Shown: piece by piece, positions 51,601 to 64,000 of the stretch
Layout: every line of letters begins with the position of its first letter
How positions within the stretch are numbered: the first letter of the stretch is position 1
Origin: Guillardia theta CCMP2712
Taxonomy: Eukaryota > Protista > Cryptophyta
NCBI RefSeq assembly: GCF_000315625.1
Contig: NW_005434662.1
Span: 767,479 to 831,478, forward strand
DNA: 64,000 nt
Reading direction: 5' to 3'
Made by a program: the position numbers and the translations under genes
Notes under the pieces: generated by a model
What the model was told of the DNA's origin: nothing
The model's database searches: none
What the model saw: only the letters and a program-made list of their open reading frames with translations

Positions 51601-53286
51601 CCTCCTTCCCTCCCCTGATAGCTTCCCTCCTCCTCGCCCTCCTCCTCGCCCTCCTCCTCGCCTCCTCCCTCCTTCTCTCTGCCCTGATGCTCGACGCCTC
51701 CCTTGACGATGTAGAAATCGGCGGTGACCTTGTGGACTCGCTGATTTGTAGTTTGATCTATCACCTCGAACTGAAATATTGTCAGCATGATGTGAATGTA
51801 AGATTCGAAGTCGCCATGGTAACTAACACCACGTCTCAATCATCATCATCGTCGTCGTCATCGTCGTCATCATCATCACCGCCACTACCATCATCATCAC
51901 TGCTATCATCATCATCACCGCCGCCGCCGCCACCACCACCACCACCATCATCATCATCATCGTCATCATCGTCATCATCACCACCACCACCATCGTTTTC
52001 ATAGCCGTCCTGTTCGAAGCACCTGCACATCTCGAGCTGCGCGGATGAAAGTTGAGATGGCAGGTAGGAGCATCTGTTTCAGCGCTCCTTCAAACCTCCG
52101 CACAACCTCCGCAGGATCCGGGAAATGTTCTTCCTCCAACTTGGAAAACAGCTTCTTCCTTCCTCCACCCTCCCCAGGGAATCCTGACAGCTCCACCTCG
52201 AAGCTTCCTATCCTCGGCTTCCTCCTCTCCCTCTTCTCCTCGTTCCCGTACACCCTCACCAGTCGACTTCGCTCTTCCAGCAGCTCCTTCACCTGGCAGA
52301 AAATCTTCTCGAAAGTCTTGGAGGATCTGCAACACTGTCATCTCCTTCGCCTCCTCTGCCCATCCTCCTGCCTCCTCCTCCTCCTTCCCTCCCCTTCCCT
52401 ATCCTGTCCTCCCTGTCTTTCTCCTCCTCACCCAGAGAGGGAGAAGGAAGGCCTAGCAGCAGTGCAGTACTCCACATGCACTTGGAACGGACGGAAGAGT
52501 TTCTTCTCCAGCATCCATTCTTGCACCTGCCCGTAGTCAGCGCATGTCACGCCTGCCACGTCACCTCACGGTCTCCACAAGCGCCTGCGTCCTGAAGACT
52601 GTCCTGTTCACCGTCTTACAGACGCTCCTCAGCCCCCAGCCGTTTTTGTCGTTGCGATAGAGGGAGCACACCACCGCGTCCCCAACGGCTCCTTGCTCGC
52701 CCGACAGCATGTTCACGTCATAGGAGCAGATCATCTCTTGCAGATCCGACTTCATGACGTGCAGCGACACGGAGGTCTCCTGCTGCTGTGGCAGCCTCTC
52801 GTTGGACTTGAGGAAGAAGACGATGTGGGTGACGAAAGTGGAGATGGCTTCCACGTTCATGCATATCCTCGGCGGCGCCTCGGGTGTCCTCGTTCTGTAG
52901 ATGATCTTTGAGCTCGTCGCTCTCCTGTGCTGATGAGAGACAATCTCCAGCGGGCGGAGCTTGTCGTCGAACAGGATGCAGAAGAGATTGAAGCAAGGAG
53001 AGTTGGTGATGTAGAAATGGATGTAGTCCACACCTACGCTCTCCGAGATGGGAGCATCCGAATAATCGTCAACAACTAGGAATGACGAGCACCTGCTACT
53101 GAAAGGATTGTGGTCACTCTGTGACATCGAGGACAGCGAAGCAAAGCTCTCAGCACGATCGATGAGTACAGGAAGGCTCTGCGCTCGTTTCCCATACACG
53201 ACGTTCTTAGCAGATTTTTTCCTGAGCCGGATCGCGTCCACTAAGACCCGATCAGACTCTTGGCGTCTGATCTCGGGAGCAGGCAT
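48700..53286 (-). CDS. Large multi-exon protein: TerD-like domain, Rdx (SelW/SelT-like) thioredoxin fold, carboxypeptidase-regulatory-like beta sandwich
   Basis: CILFDD..LEIVS...VCSLYRNDKNGWGLRSV; VHVEYC...IGSFEVEL...LFSKLEEEHFPDPAEVV; VQGRIV...LRNVIVEL...DGSFQLPVPRGSFILSI. Ends approximate. Confidence 0.5.
51838..51995. repeat. (CAT/CGT/CAC)n microsatellite, probably intronic
   Basis: Directly visible. Confidence 0.9.
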
Positions 53287-53421
53287 GTTGAACCTGGGAG
53301 CCCGAGGCAGCCTCCCACTTCAGCCCTTGAACCTGAGCGAGATCGTTCTCAGTGACAGTATCGTTGGTATACTCCCCACCCCACCACCACCACCACTGAC
53401 TACCACTATCCCTCTCCTTCC

Positions 53422-53425
53422 CTCG

Positions 53426-53488
<63 letters not shown>

Positions 53489-53500
53489 GTCTCTGTCTCA
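53422..53500. repeat. (CT)n / (CTCTGT)n microsatellite
   Basis: Directly visible. Confidence 0.9.
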
Positions 53501-54479
53501 CTGTATCTGTCCTCCCTTCCCCCCCTCTTCCTTCGCTTCTCACAGAGATTTCTACTGCTTGCCATTGCTTGACAAGCTTTGTCAACCCCAAACACTCTAC
53601 CCCATGAACACCACCCATCTGACCTGAGCACTACCCGTCTGAATGCTCAAGTACCCTTCTATCAAGTACCCCTACCTATATTTTTGACAATTTATTGCTC
53701 TGATCGAACCCCCAAAGTCAGAACTTCGGAAACAAAATTCACCACCACCCAGCCAATTCATTGCTATACCCCCTCCTATTGATAGACTACCCCTGTGTCC
53801 TGTCAAGTTTTCACACCATCATCATGGCAACCCACCTTCAGACCCCTGCTTTTCCCCTTGGAAGGAGCTCTAAAGTAGGGTAGGGTTATTGCAAAGGTGC
53901 GGGTGGTGCCATTGAGATGGACTCATAGAGAGACAGGTGGGTAGTCAAGTGAATGGATATATGGTGGGTAGTGAATCCACTGGGGTTATCGCGCTTAGCT
54001 GGGGTGGTATCAAAGGAAATTTTTGGGGGTACAATTCGTAGAAGGAAGGGGTGGTAAATTTCTAGGCTGGGTGGGTGAGAAATGATTTAGTTCTAAGGGG
54101 TGGGGTGAGCATTTTGAGTAAAATTTGTATGTGGTGGCGTCCGCGGCTGATGGCGGGGAGGAGGGAAGAGGAAGAGGAGGAAGACGCGAGAGGAAGAGGA
54201 GAGAGGAGATGATCGCACCTTCTTCTGTACAGAACTTTCATGCACTCACCCATCCCGCCCTCTGAATCCCCCCATGGCTCTCTTGTTCAGTTGACGGAAG
54301 TGCAAGAGCACAGGATTGCAACGCGAGCACAGGGGGAGGCCTCGCCTCAAGAAGTGAATCCGAATTGCAGGAGCCTTGACTTGAGGGGATTTACCTGAAA
54401 CATTTCACTCCTGTACTTGTTTAGTACTGGTCATCTTTTCAGAACATCGGATCAAAAGCAGGAGGGAGATTCTGTAACC

Positions 54480-57400
54480 ATGACTACCAAAGGCAGCTCC
54501 ACCATACGGCTGCTAAAGTTGACGGAGATCGACGAGCTGGACGAGCTTGAGCAGATCTGGCTTGGAGACTACAGAGAGCTTGAGGAGATTCTACAGCATA
54601 CCAACGACAATGATCAAGCTATCCAAACTGAGCTGCATGAGAAATGCCAGCAGGTGCAAGGGCACACGCATATGGTGCAGGCGCTGCTGTGTGGGATGAT
54701 CTGCGATCGAACTCGCTCACAGCAGTTTCTGCGCTACCTGCATCTTATTGTGAAAGATGGATACGCGGTCTGTGTGAAGCAGCTGGAAAAACTGGCACGG
54801 GACAAATTCCCGAAGATGAATGACAGGAATGCCGCACAACCGTCACAGCAGCAGATGCAGTTGCTGTGGGTCGTGCGAGAATTTGTGAATCTAAAGGTTC
54901 AGGGAATAGATAAGGTGTGTATAGCTCTTCTCCGTCAGATTCAGGGTGGTAATGTCCGTAGCGCTACGAATCGATGGCTGAACACAAACCTTTGCATGCT
55001 GTTTCAGGAGTCAAAAACCTGGCTTTACGAGCAAACACAGCTTATTCCTATGGTCTTTTATACGTTCTGCCGTCTTGCTGCCGATCATGCTGATCCAAAG
55101 TATGATAAACTGCGAAGGATGGAAGGACAACTCTGTTGTGATCTCTTCAGAGACAAGTTCAGTGAGTGCAAGGTGATCGGACGAGAAGCTGTGCGACTTT
55201 TACAGCAAGTCTGTAAGATACCTGAGTTTGAGGGGCTCTGGGAGGACATTCTGAACAATCCGCAGCAATTCGGGGGCATGACCGATATCTCAGATTTGTT
55301 TTCAGTGAGGACCCCCAAAGATTTTCTACAGAGCCGCCTTACACCTCAAATGGAAGAACAACTGTTGTTTATAATGGAACGGGTTACGATGGGCCAGCAG
55401 CAGCGGTATCAGAGGTGGTTCATGCAGAAATGGGGCCTGATGGAGCCTGGAGGTGACGCGCTGATACCTGACCTTGTGAGATACATATGTGGCTTTCACC
55501 ACCCATCCAACGAGGTTCTCAGGAGTAATTTGGTTCAAAGATGGGCTGTTGTAGGTTGGCTCCTCAAGTGCGCCAAAACCCCCACAAGTGTGGCAAACAT
55601 CAAACTAGCCATGTTTTATGACTGGCTGTTCTACTCTCCCCGCAATGACTCGGTCATGAACATTGAACCAGCGGCTCTTCTGATTACCCGATCCATCCCC
55701 AAATGGCTTGATATTACAGTGGACCTGATGGAATTCATGTTTGCGCTGGCAGATTTATGGAGCAAGCCCTCTGTAGATAGATGTCGAGAAGGGATCTTCC
55801 ATGCTGCTGCGGATTGTGTACAGAAAGGAGTTATAAAGTCGTGGGCCCAGGTGTCCACGTGTCCCCAGATCAACCCAGTGTTGAGGGCGCGTGTTCGAGC
55901 TCAATTCCGAGGATTTTGCCCAGGGGATCCCGAGGAAATTGCGGTAGAGGACGTCAAGGTGATGGGTCGTTGTGCTCTCAGCTCCTCGCTGATTGGTCCT
56001 TCAGGCGTTTGGATTCAGAAGCTCGTCAAGTCATGGGGGGGCACCGACACCATCACCAGTAAGTGACACATGTTCCTTGATCTGAGTGTGCGATGACATG
56101 TTCCTTGATCTGAGTGTGCGATGACATGTTCCTTGATCTGAGTGTAAGATGGCATGGCCCTTGATCTCAGTGTGCGATGCTTGTAACGGTCACGGGACAG
56201 GTGCAATCGCGTTCTCAACATCAGACTTCCGAAGATGAGCCCTTGTCACCGCGAACGCTGCAGAGTTCTTCCTCATTCGACGAGAATCAAAGGCTGCCTT
56301 CTGCTTCTTCGTCGTCCTCGGTGGATGCCTCGGCAATGGAAGCCTCATCTACTGCGAGCTCAAATCACTCGTCGGCCTCCAACTCAGTGCCATCAGGTGC
56401 TTCTTTTCTTGTCGGGGGGGCATTCAAGTAAGCGAGTCTGTTGTTGTTTAGTCAAAGGGCCGGAGAACACTGAAGGGGAGGAGGATACTGAACATTTTTC
56501 AAGAGCGAATTCGGAGGGTGAAGTCAAGTAACATCATCGATGCTGTATCTCACTGTTGTGCCCTCCAGATGTTGCAAAGCCACGAGACGTGATTGAGATA
56601 CCCAACGTGTTGGTTGATATCTCGAAACAACTCAAGAGTTTGCAAGAAGCTTCCAGCAACCGGAATCCAACCTTATTCAAAGACTGTTTGTCAAATGCTG
56701 TCAGGAGTGTTGCGCATTTCGAAGGGAATGACAAGAAGAAAAATGCACTCAAAGCGATGGGCGATGTCCTGCTAAACCTCATAGAGCACGAAATCAATGG
56801 CCCACTGCTTGCTCCAACCTGTGAAACGATCGCGAAAGTGAAAGAAAGCAACTTGATGTTCCTTTCCTTTCGAATATTGGAATCAATATCTAGAGACGGC
56901 GAGAAGCTTGTACAGGAAGCCGCGATTAACATTGCCAGCAGCATGCAGGTAAGAAAAGAAAGATTGCCTCATCAGTCTTGGGCGTCTGACAATGAATCGA
57001 TGCAGGCGCTGAACAAGAAGGTCTCAACTAGTTTGCTGTACACTCTATCTGCCTGCATGCTGATGCAGTCTGGTGACTTGAAAGCGTCTGAGAAAGCGCT
57101 TCCCTTCTATCGCAAGCTACTCGAACAAGAAGCTCGAGACAGCCATGAGAGCGGGATGGACAGCGACAAGGTGCTGGAGTCTTACCTCATGCGAGACTTC
57201 CGTGAGCTCTTCGCCGACGACTACAAGAACGTGGCAGTCGTGCTGCCCCCGGTTGCGAAGGAGTTCAATGGGATCGTGGTTGGATCACAAGAGGTGCGGC
57301 CGTTGTGTGAGACGCGGCAAGTGACGTGCTTGGTTCAGGTTGTGAATCTGGTGTCGGGCTGCTTGACTCCTTCAACCCTTTGCGATCTCCTCACAAGCCT

Positions 57401-58445
57401 TTCGCTCGGTCCCCAAGGCGGCTGCTCTCCGCTGTTTTGATGGTGTTGCAGGCGAGATGGAGCTCATTTTCCGGCACGAGGGGCTCAAAACAGCATCAAG
57501 CGGATGGGATGACAAGATTCTCTCACTGATCGCAAGGTGAACATCCGATGCGGGAATTTCTCTCGCTGACTTGAACTTTAGGTCTCTGCAGTGGGATGCA
57601 ACCGATCAGCATGCGTTGTGGCAATTTTTTTCTGCAGAGCTGGCGAGGCATCAGCATGTGAGCCGCTGGCGTGGCTTCTCGTCGTCCTCACTTGACACGC
57701 AGGCGGTGGAGACTCTGGTACCCAAACTCCTGCAGTTTGCTGAGTCAGCATCGCATCCTGAGGTCGGCTTGTCTGGTGAGGGTTGGGCTCTGAGCGCACG
57801 GCAGGTCGTCATGGGGGTCGTTCAAATCTTGTCGACGAGTCAGCCGACCGTCGGCCTCGTGAGTTTGACTTGCCGTCCTCCTCCACCGGCCTGAGCCCTC
57901 CACCCTGCAGGTGGGGCCTCTCTTCCGCCTGCCCTCCACCCTGTGGAAGAGCGTCTGCGTCTCCAGCTTAGCCAGGTGGGCGACGCTGCACCCGCTCATG
58001 CTGGGAGCGTCGCTGGAGAGGCTGCTGGAGCTGAGCACGGGCGCAAACGAGGCGAAGGAGGAGAGCGACGTCAAGTGTGAGCTGAGCAGCCTGCTCGAGG
58101 TCCTCGCCTTCTGGGCCGACTGCTTCGAGTCGAGGAGCGTGCGGGAGGAGGCATGGTCAGACGTCATGGCCAGAGTTTTCGAAGGTCGGAGGGACTTGAA
58201 GGAGACGTTGGAAGAGATGAAGAAGAGCAAGAGCGACGCCAAGCTTGTCCAGCTGCTCAATCGCCTCACTGCTAAGGTATGACCTCCATCTCACTCCTCC
58301 CTCTCCTTACTCTATGCAGCTCGGCCATTGCGACTCGAAGCAAGCAGAGGCGGAGGCTGGCAGCAAGAGGGTCTTCTCAGAAACCATTGCGGCAGGGGAA
58401 GGGAACGGACACGTGAAGAGAGCCAAGACGGAGGGGTCCGACTAA
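54480..58445 (+). CDS. INTS3: Integrator complex subunit 3 (SOSS-A)
   Basis: LLRQIQGGN, YTFCRLAADH, IGREAVRLLQ, LIPDLVRYICGFHHPSNEVLRS, RWAVVGWLL, KLAMFYDWLF, MNIEPA. Later exons include SLQWDATDQHALWQFFSAE. Confidence 0.92.
56064..56178. repeat. 28-bp tandem repeat (~4 copies) in an INTS3 intron
   Basis: gacatgttccttgatctgagtgtgcgat repeated after a gtaagt donor. Confidence 0.9.
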
Positions 58446-58473
58446 AGTCGATACATTAAACAAGTTCGAGGAC

Positions 58474-60213
58474 TCACTGCATAGCGGCCTTAACGATGTC
58501 GTCAGCTTCCTCCGGTGACACCATGACGTCGCCGGCGTCAGCGACGAGGTCAAAGTCGAAGGTGTCGACGATGTGCGCGTCCACGTACGTTCCTGGTCGC
58601 AGAGTCTGCGCGAGGTGGACGACACAGTCGATGTCAGGAGCGTCAGCTCGAGTCCTCCCGATTGATCCGAAGCCTCCCTCTCCCACTTTGTCGATGACTA
58701 CCTCCACTCGCTTGCCCACCAGGCTCTCCGCGAATTTCCTCTGACACTTCTGCACGATACTGATGAGCTCGTCGCGCCTCCTCTCCTTCACGTCAGCAGG
58801 CACTTGATCCAGCATCTTCGCTGCGGGAGTTCCTTCCTCCTCCGAGTATGCGAACACTCCCGCCCTCTCGAACTTCATCGCCTTGACGAAGTCCACGAGC
58901 TCGCGATGGTCTTTGTCCGTCTCTCCCGGGAAACCCGAGATGAACGTCGTCCTCAGCACCAGCCCCGGGATCCTCTCGCGCAGCTTCTTGAGCAGAGAGA
59001 CAGTGTGTTCGCGGGGAGGACGGTTCATAGCCTTGAGCACGGGGTCGGAGATATGTTGCAGAGGCATGTCGATGTACTTGCAGACTTTGTCGATGCTGGC
59101 GATGGCGTCGATGAGCTCGTCGCTAAAGTAGCTGGGGTAGCAGTAGAGCAGCGAGATCCTCCTGACCTCCTCGATCCCTGCCAGCGAGTGAAGTAGATCC
59201 GCCAGCCTCCTCTTGTCTGCAGCCCCGAAGTCTTGGCCCCACTGGTTCGTGTCCTCCGCAATGAGGTTCAGCTCCGTCACCCCCGTCGCCACCAGCTCTC
59301 GCGCCTCCTCCATGATGGCGTCGAACGACTTGGACCTGAACCGTCCTCGCCAGCTCGGGATGGCGCAGAACGTGCACTTGTGATCGCATCCCTCAGCCAC
59401 GCGCAAGAAGGCCGCATGCTGCTGTGTGATCCTCACTCTCTCCCACTCAGGGCGGAACGGAACGTCCGTGCTACCCACCGCCACCTCGGGCATGGCGAAG
59501 CCGCTCTTAGTGATGATGCTCTCGATCTGGTTGCCGATGTCCGCGTACTTCTCGAATCCAACCACCGCGTCCACCTCAGGTAGCTCGTCCGCGAGCTCCT
59601 GCGCGTACCGCTGAGCCATGCACCCTGTAATGACGACTCCCTTGGCGCTTGACTTCTTGAGATCCACTGCTTCCAGCACAGCCTGCGCTCACTCGTTGAC
59701 AGAGGCAGAGCGCATGTCTGAGGAGTTGAACTAGGCAAGAGAGGAGGAAGAGGAGAGAGGCAAAGAGCGAGAAAGCAAGGCAAGGGGGAGGTGAGAGAAG
59801 GAAAGCAGAGAGAGGGGAAGGGACGGACAGGAGTACCTGCACAGACTCCGTCTTAGCTTCTTCGATGAAAGCGCAGGTGTTGACTATCACTACATCCGCA
59901 TCTGAACAAAGTGAGAGGGGGTAGGAGAAGAAGGAGCGTAAAAACCTCGAGGCCTCCTGACAATGTCGAATCCTCTCTTCTTCAGATCTCCCAGCATGAC
60001 TTCGGCGTCGACTGTGTTCTTGGGGCATCCTAACGCCACCAACGCAATCTTGCTAGCTACTCCGTTCTTGGCAACCTCTGCTCGCAACCCCAGGGCCCCT
60101 CGCACTTGCCTGCTGTGAGCTCGGACTCGAACAAGACTGGAGAATGTTTGCACGTAGGCATGAGAAGAGCCAGCGAAGAAGAGAAGAAGCGCGAGGGGAA
60201 CGCGGGCAGACAT
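58474..60213 (-). CDS. rimO: Ribosomal protein S12 methylthiotransferase, probably plastid-targeted
   Basis: ALGCPKNTVDAE, VNTCAFIEEAK, radical SAM CDHKCTFC, YCYP, KYIDMPLQH, GRTRADAPDID (TRAM). N-terminal signal peptide plus transit-like peptide; two introns. Confidence 0.93.
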
Positions 60214-60599
60214 GTCTCGATCCTGCAACACCGTGTCAACCGATGCAAGAGAGATCCATCCGCATCTCTTGAGACACGCGACGAGAAAACAATTCATGGA
60301 CAGCAACGAGTAGCAGGCACGTCTCTGAGGATGATGGCCACGAGACTTTGTTGCGGAGAGACGATGCTGGGTAAGGGCAGAGGTAGAATAGTGAGAGCAA
60401 GAGCGGAGCAGGAGTACACTATCACACGAAGACGCTTTAAAGAGACCAGGAGGAGAAGAAGAACAGATGAGACGCTGAGGAAGAGAAAGAGCAGGGTAGC
60501 TGATGCGCCATGGAAAGAATGGGCAAAGATAGAGACGCGCGACCCAGGGAAGAAAGACATGGGGGATATAAGATAGGCGAAGAAATGTTGATGCGCGCA

Positions 60600-61460
60600 A
60601 GAGGAGGGTGAGATAGGGTAAGGAAGTGAGCCGAGCTGGGGAAGCATGGAGCTGGGGAAGCATGGAGCTGGGGAGGGGCGCAAAGAGGGATGTGAGTTGA
60701 GGACGGGAGGGAGGGAGAGCAGAAAGAGAAGGCGGGAGAGAAGATATTTAGTGGTGAGAGGAGAGATGGTGAGGTAGAGGGAGGAGAGGGAGGAGAGGGA
60801 GGAGAGGGAGCTAGAGAGACAAGACAGGGACGTGGGGAGGAGAGGGAGGGAGAGGGAGGGAGGGAGGGNNNNNNNNNNNNNNNNNNNNNNNNNNNNNNNN
60901 NNNNNNNNNNNNNNNNNNNNNNNNNNNNNNNNNNNNNNNNNNNNNNNNNNNNNNNNNNNNNNNNNNNNGCAATGCCCTCCAACGGTCTCGGGAGCGATGC
61001 CAGCCCATCTTGTCTTACGAGAGCAGCACACCGATGAGCATTGCCTGGACGGCGGAAGCTCCAGAGAGGGAGGGAGGGAGGGAGGGAGGGAGGAGAGGGA
61101 GGGAGGAGAGGGAGGGAGGGGAGGGAGGAGAGGGAGGGAGGGAGGGAGGGAGTTGAGTTTAGGAGAGGAACAGAGCACGTGAGGAGCGACAGGGGAGGGG
61201 GCGAGGAGTCGCAGCATCGCATTTCGGGGGCCAGCGTGAGGAAAGAAGGCGGGGACTGAGTGGGGATGAGGGGCAATATTTGGGACCAGTGATGCGAGTG
61301 AGTGGGGATGAGGGGTCACTGACTGAGGTTGTCATGAGCTGAGCAGCTGGTTTGACTGATGCCGGCGGTTTGGTCAGAGATGGAAGGGAGGATGGAGCGA
61401 GAGGAGAGGAGGCAGAGGAGGCAGAGGAGGCAGAGGAGGCAGAGGAGGCAGAGGGTAGCC
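60600..61460. repeat. Purine-rich low-complexity region (GGGA, GAGGAGGCA, 16-bp gagctggggaagcatg units) around an N gap
   Basis: Directly visible. Confidence 0.8.
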
Positions 61461-61590
61461 CAGAGGAAGATAGAGTACTACGGTAGCCTCGACTCACGTA
61501 GAGGTAGACTGAAGAGCAGGGAGAGCAAGGAGAGGTCAGCATGATTTCTATTAACACGATAAATCAGGGAATTCCCTGGAGCCTCTGCAA

Positions 61591-62036
61591 ATGGCAAAAC
61601 TGCTCGACAAAGAGAATGGTACATTTGATGCTGGGGGTCACAAAGGAGATCTGAAATGCAGTAGTCTACACGGCTGCTGCTGTCGCTGCCGTCTTAGCTA
61701 TCCTGCTCGTCTGCTCTATCGTAGAATCGCTCCGCCTTCCCATGGTCTTGCTGCATCCGTTACGTGCTTACCTGACATTATCTCGTGGCAGTGCGCCATA
61801 CAAGTCTTCCTCATTGGCGTTGTGAGTCTGAAGTGGGAGGAGGACAGCTGGCTCGCCACAGGGCCGAACCGACCAGCTCGTCTGTGCTGTCAGTTCACCA
61901 TGATCCTCATCCCTTTCGCCATTTTCGGTTGGCTCGTCGCTCTACTAAGTGACGCCCACCAGCCTCTCTCATCGTCCAGTGACATGCTGTGGCAGTTGCG
62001 TCAGCGCTCGAGACGCCACCTCCTGCTCTGTACTGA
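61591..62036 (+). CDS. 63-aa hydrophobic microprotein encoded by five exons
   Basis: Four GT-AG introns (61619-61661, 61721-61791, 61822-61893, 61928-61995) give MAKLLDKENVVYTAAAVAAVLAILLVCSICAIQVFLIGVFTMILIPFAIFVASALETPPPALY*. Confidence 0.6.
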
Positions 62037-62125
62037 CAGACTGAAGGGAGGACCCCCCCTTTACTTTATTGTACACTTAACTTGCTATCTCACAATCTTC
62101 TCAGAAGATCATTCTAGTAAATTCA

Positions 62126-62491
62126 TCATATCTCGCAGAACGTCGCGATCGGAAGCGAGTTGATCAGGGTCGAGCTGGAGGAGCGTCAGAGTCTCCCCGG
62201 GCAGGACATTGAGCACCTGAGGTGTGGAGAGATCGAGATGAATCGCACGGGAGACATTCTCAGCCCGTCGACGATCACCGAGAAGAAGTTGGCCTAGCGC
62301 AGCAGTAAGAGCAGAAGGCCAGCTGAGGCAATGGGGCCCCGCCCTTACCTTGGGGTTTGCAGCTGAGCAGATTAAGCGGCTGACGTCTGCTCTGATAACG
62401 TGCCCCCCTCCACTGTTGCGCGTGACGTTGACGGAAGAGCTGCTCCGAGTCGGTCACAGAAGGTCGATGGAAGGAGGACGGATTTTGGGAG

Positions 62492-62532
<41 letters not shown>

Positions 62533-64000
62533 TCAGGACGAGGAGGAGGAGGGGCTGACCGGATGCGTTTGTTCCTCTCCTTGAACGACCTCATACACAC
62601 GGCCTGACCTCACGTCATACAAGAATCCCTCAGATCTAGACGTGCCTGCATGCTGAGAGGTGCCGAGGGAACGAGCTCATTCCGCCGCAGTTGAATGTCC
62701 GTGTGCACGCCATGCGAGCAGGTCTGCAATCGTCAGAATCTCCTGATACCTTCACGCCGATCTTACCTTGAGAGCCTCCCCTCCTCCATTCGTCACCCAG
62801 AAATCCAGTTTGACGTCCAGCACGCTGTTGGCACTTGGTCCCTCCTGTACTGGATCAGCAGCTGCACACAAGCCAGAAGTTGTGACCTCCTCGATTGCTC
62901 GTACAGACAGCGAGGAGATCAAGGGGAGCGTGTGCTGCCTCACTATGCCGGCATAGCCGGGCTCCTCAATCAGAGAAGGGATCGGATTAGAGCCTGTCAT
63001 GCTGTCTGCACAAGTGATGAAGGCCTGCAAACACTTGCAGTGAGAAAAGCTCGTTCCCCCCTCCCCCCACCATGCCCCCTTCTCCACACCCTCTACCTCT
63101 CCGACTACGAGCTTGAACGTCCATTTGGCCTGTGAGAGGTAGTGGAACAACAATTCATGCACGCGAGTTTCTACGGCTGCAGGCAGGGTGAGACTAGAAG
63201 AAGCAAGAGGAGCATTACCCTCCATCCAAAAGTCTGCTTCACCATCTGCAATCTCGAAGCTCGACTCCCACAGTTCTGAGCAGAAGAGCCGCAAGTACTC
63301 GCTGTCCTTGCTGCTAATGAGCTGGGCTACCAGCGAGTCTCGTCCGCCTCGACCCAGGGGGATCAGAAAGATCTTGAAGCAAGGCTCTGCCTGACAGTTG
63401 AGCATCTCCTGGAGGAAGAGGTGCAAGAACGAGTCTCCTCCTAAGATTCCGATCCGCATGACAGCAGACCTGTCCTGACGCTGCTGCTTCCTCAGATGGG
63501 CAGAGATGACAGCCACAGCAGCTCGGATCTCCAGGTAGCAAGCGATCTTCACACAGAATCTCCCCAAGTCCTGCGACGTGCTGGCTCTCGCCTCCGAGTC
63601 TCTCCGTGTGAGGACGTCGTACAAGTATCTTCCACGAGACGATGAATGGTTACAGAGCAGCACCAGGCTGCCCCCGTCCAAGCTCGCGGAGTCCGAGAGG
63701 ATGCTTTCGACCCTCGCAGTAACCTCCGAGTGCTCCCCCCCTACGTCTTCCGATGCTCTCCTGTCAAACCCGGCCATATGTAGGACCCCGTCATCGAACA
63801 CCGCCTCGTCCTCGCCAGCCTCCTCCTCCAGGTCTCCTACCGCAGCACTGGACGCGTGCTCCTTCTGATTCTTGGCTCTGATGCGGGCATACTGGTTTCG
63901 GACGACGCGAACGGGGGTGAGAGTCATGCTTGCGATCTTCTTTGTTCCCTTGAGCACCTTCGATCGGAAGTTCTTTGCCCCGTTCTCACGATCAATGTTT
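62126..64000 (-). CDS. PACS-1/2-like (phosphofurin acidic cluster sorting) protein, 3' part; gene continues beyond the window
   Basis: RIGILGGDSFLHLFLQ, KIFLIPLG..SLVAQLISSKDSEYLRLF..LWESSF, HYLSQAKWTFKLVVGE, VKLDFW, VDGLRMSPVRFISI follow the motif order of the PACS C-terminal region as recalled. Confidence 0.65.

Noticed and set aside
52440-52490. Selenoprotein (UGA recoding) in the Rdx-like domain
   Set aside because: The motif reads EYCTAA with no TGA at the CxxU position; the nearby TGA fits a GTGAG splice donor
56064-56178. 28-bp repeats of CRISPR-like length
   Set aside because: Head-to-tail with no spacers, and intronic
59890-61557. Long Pro/Ser/Leu-rich ORFs upstream of rimO
   Set aside because: Low-complexity purine tracts and an N gap; only the part from Met at 60213 belongs to rimO

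Overview
Gene-dense eukaryotic nuclear DNA with many short (~40-70 nt) GT-AG introns, tightly packed convergent genes, low-complexity intergenic tracts and three N-gaps. Intron size, composition and a bipartite-targeted plastid protein suggest an alga with a complex plastid, most like a cryptophyte such as Guillardia (inference). Recognisable genes: pepN, purH/ATIC, RMI1, a HisC-HAD phosphatase fusion, XRN1, INTS3, rimO, a PACS-like protein and an ankyrin protein, plus several uncharacterised multi-exon genes. The most unusual locus is 23.7-36.2 kb. A ~3.9 kb direct duplication with reciprocal gene decay brackets a ~4.8 kb insert. The insert encodes a predicted signal peptide, a ubiquitin-tail-like LRMRGG motif, a two-unit coiled-coil repeat array, a P-loop NTPase and a putative PD-(D/E)xK nuclease, i.e. 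a Crinkler/CR-effector-like protein. Splice models and coordinates were read by eye and are approximate.
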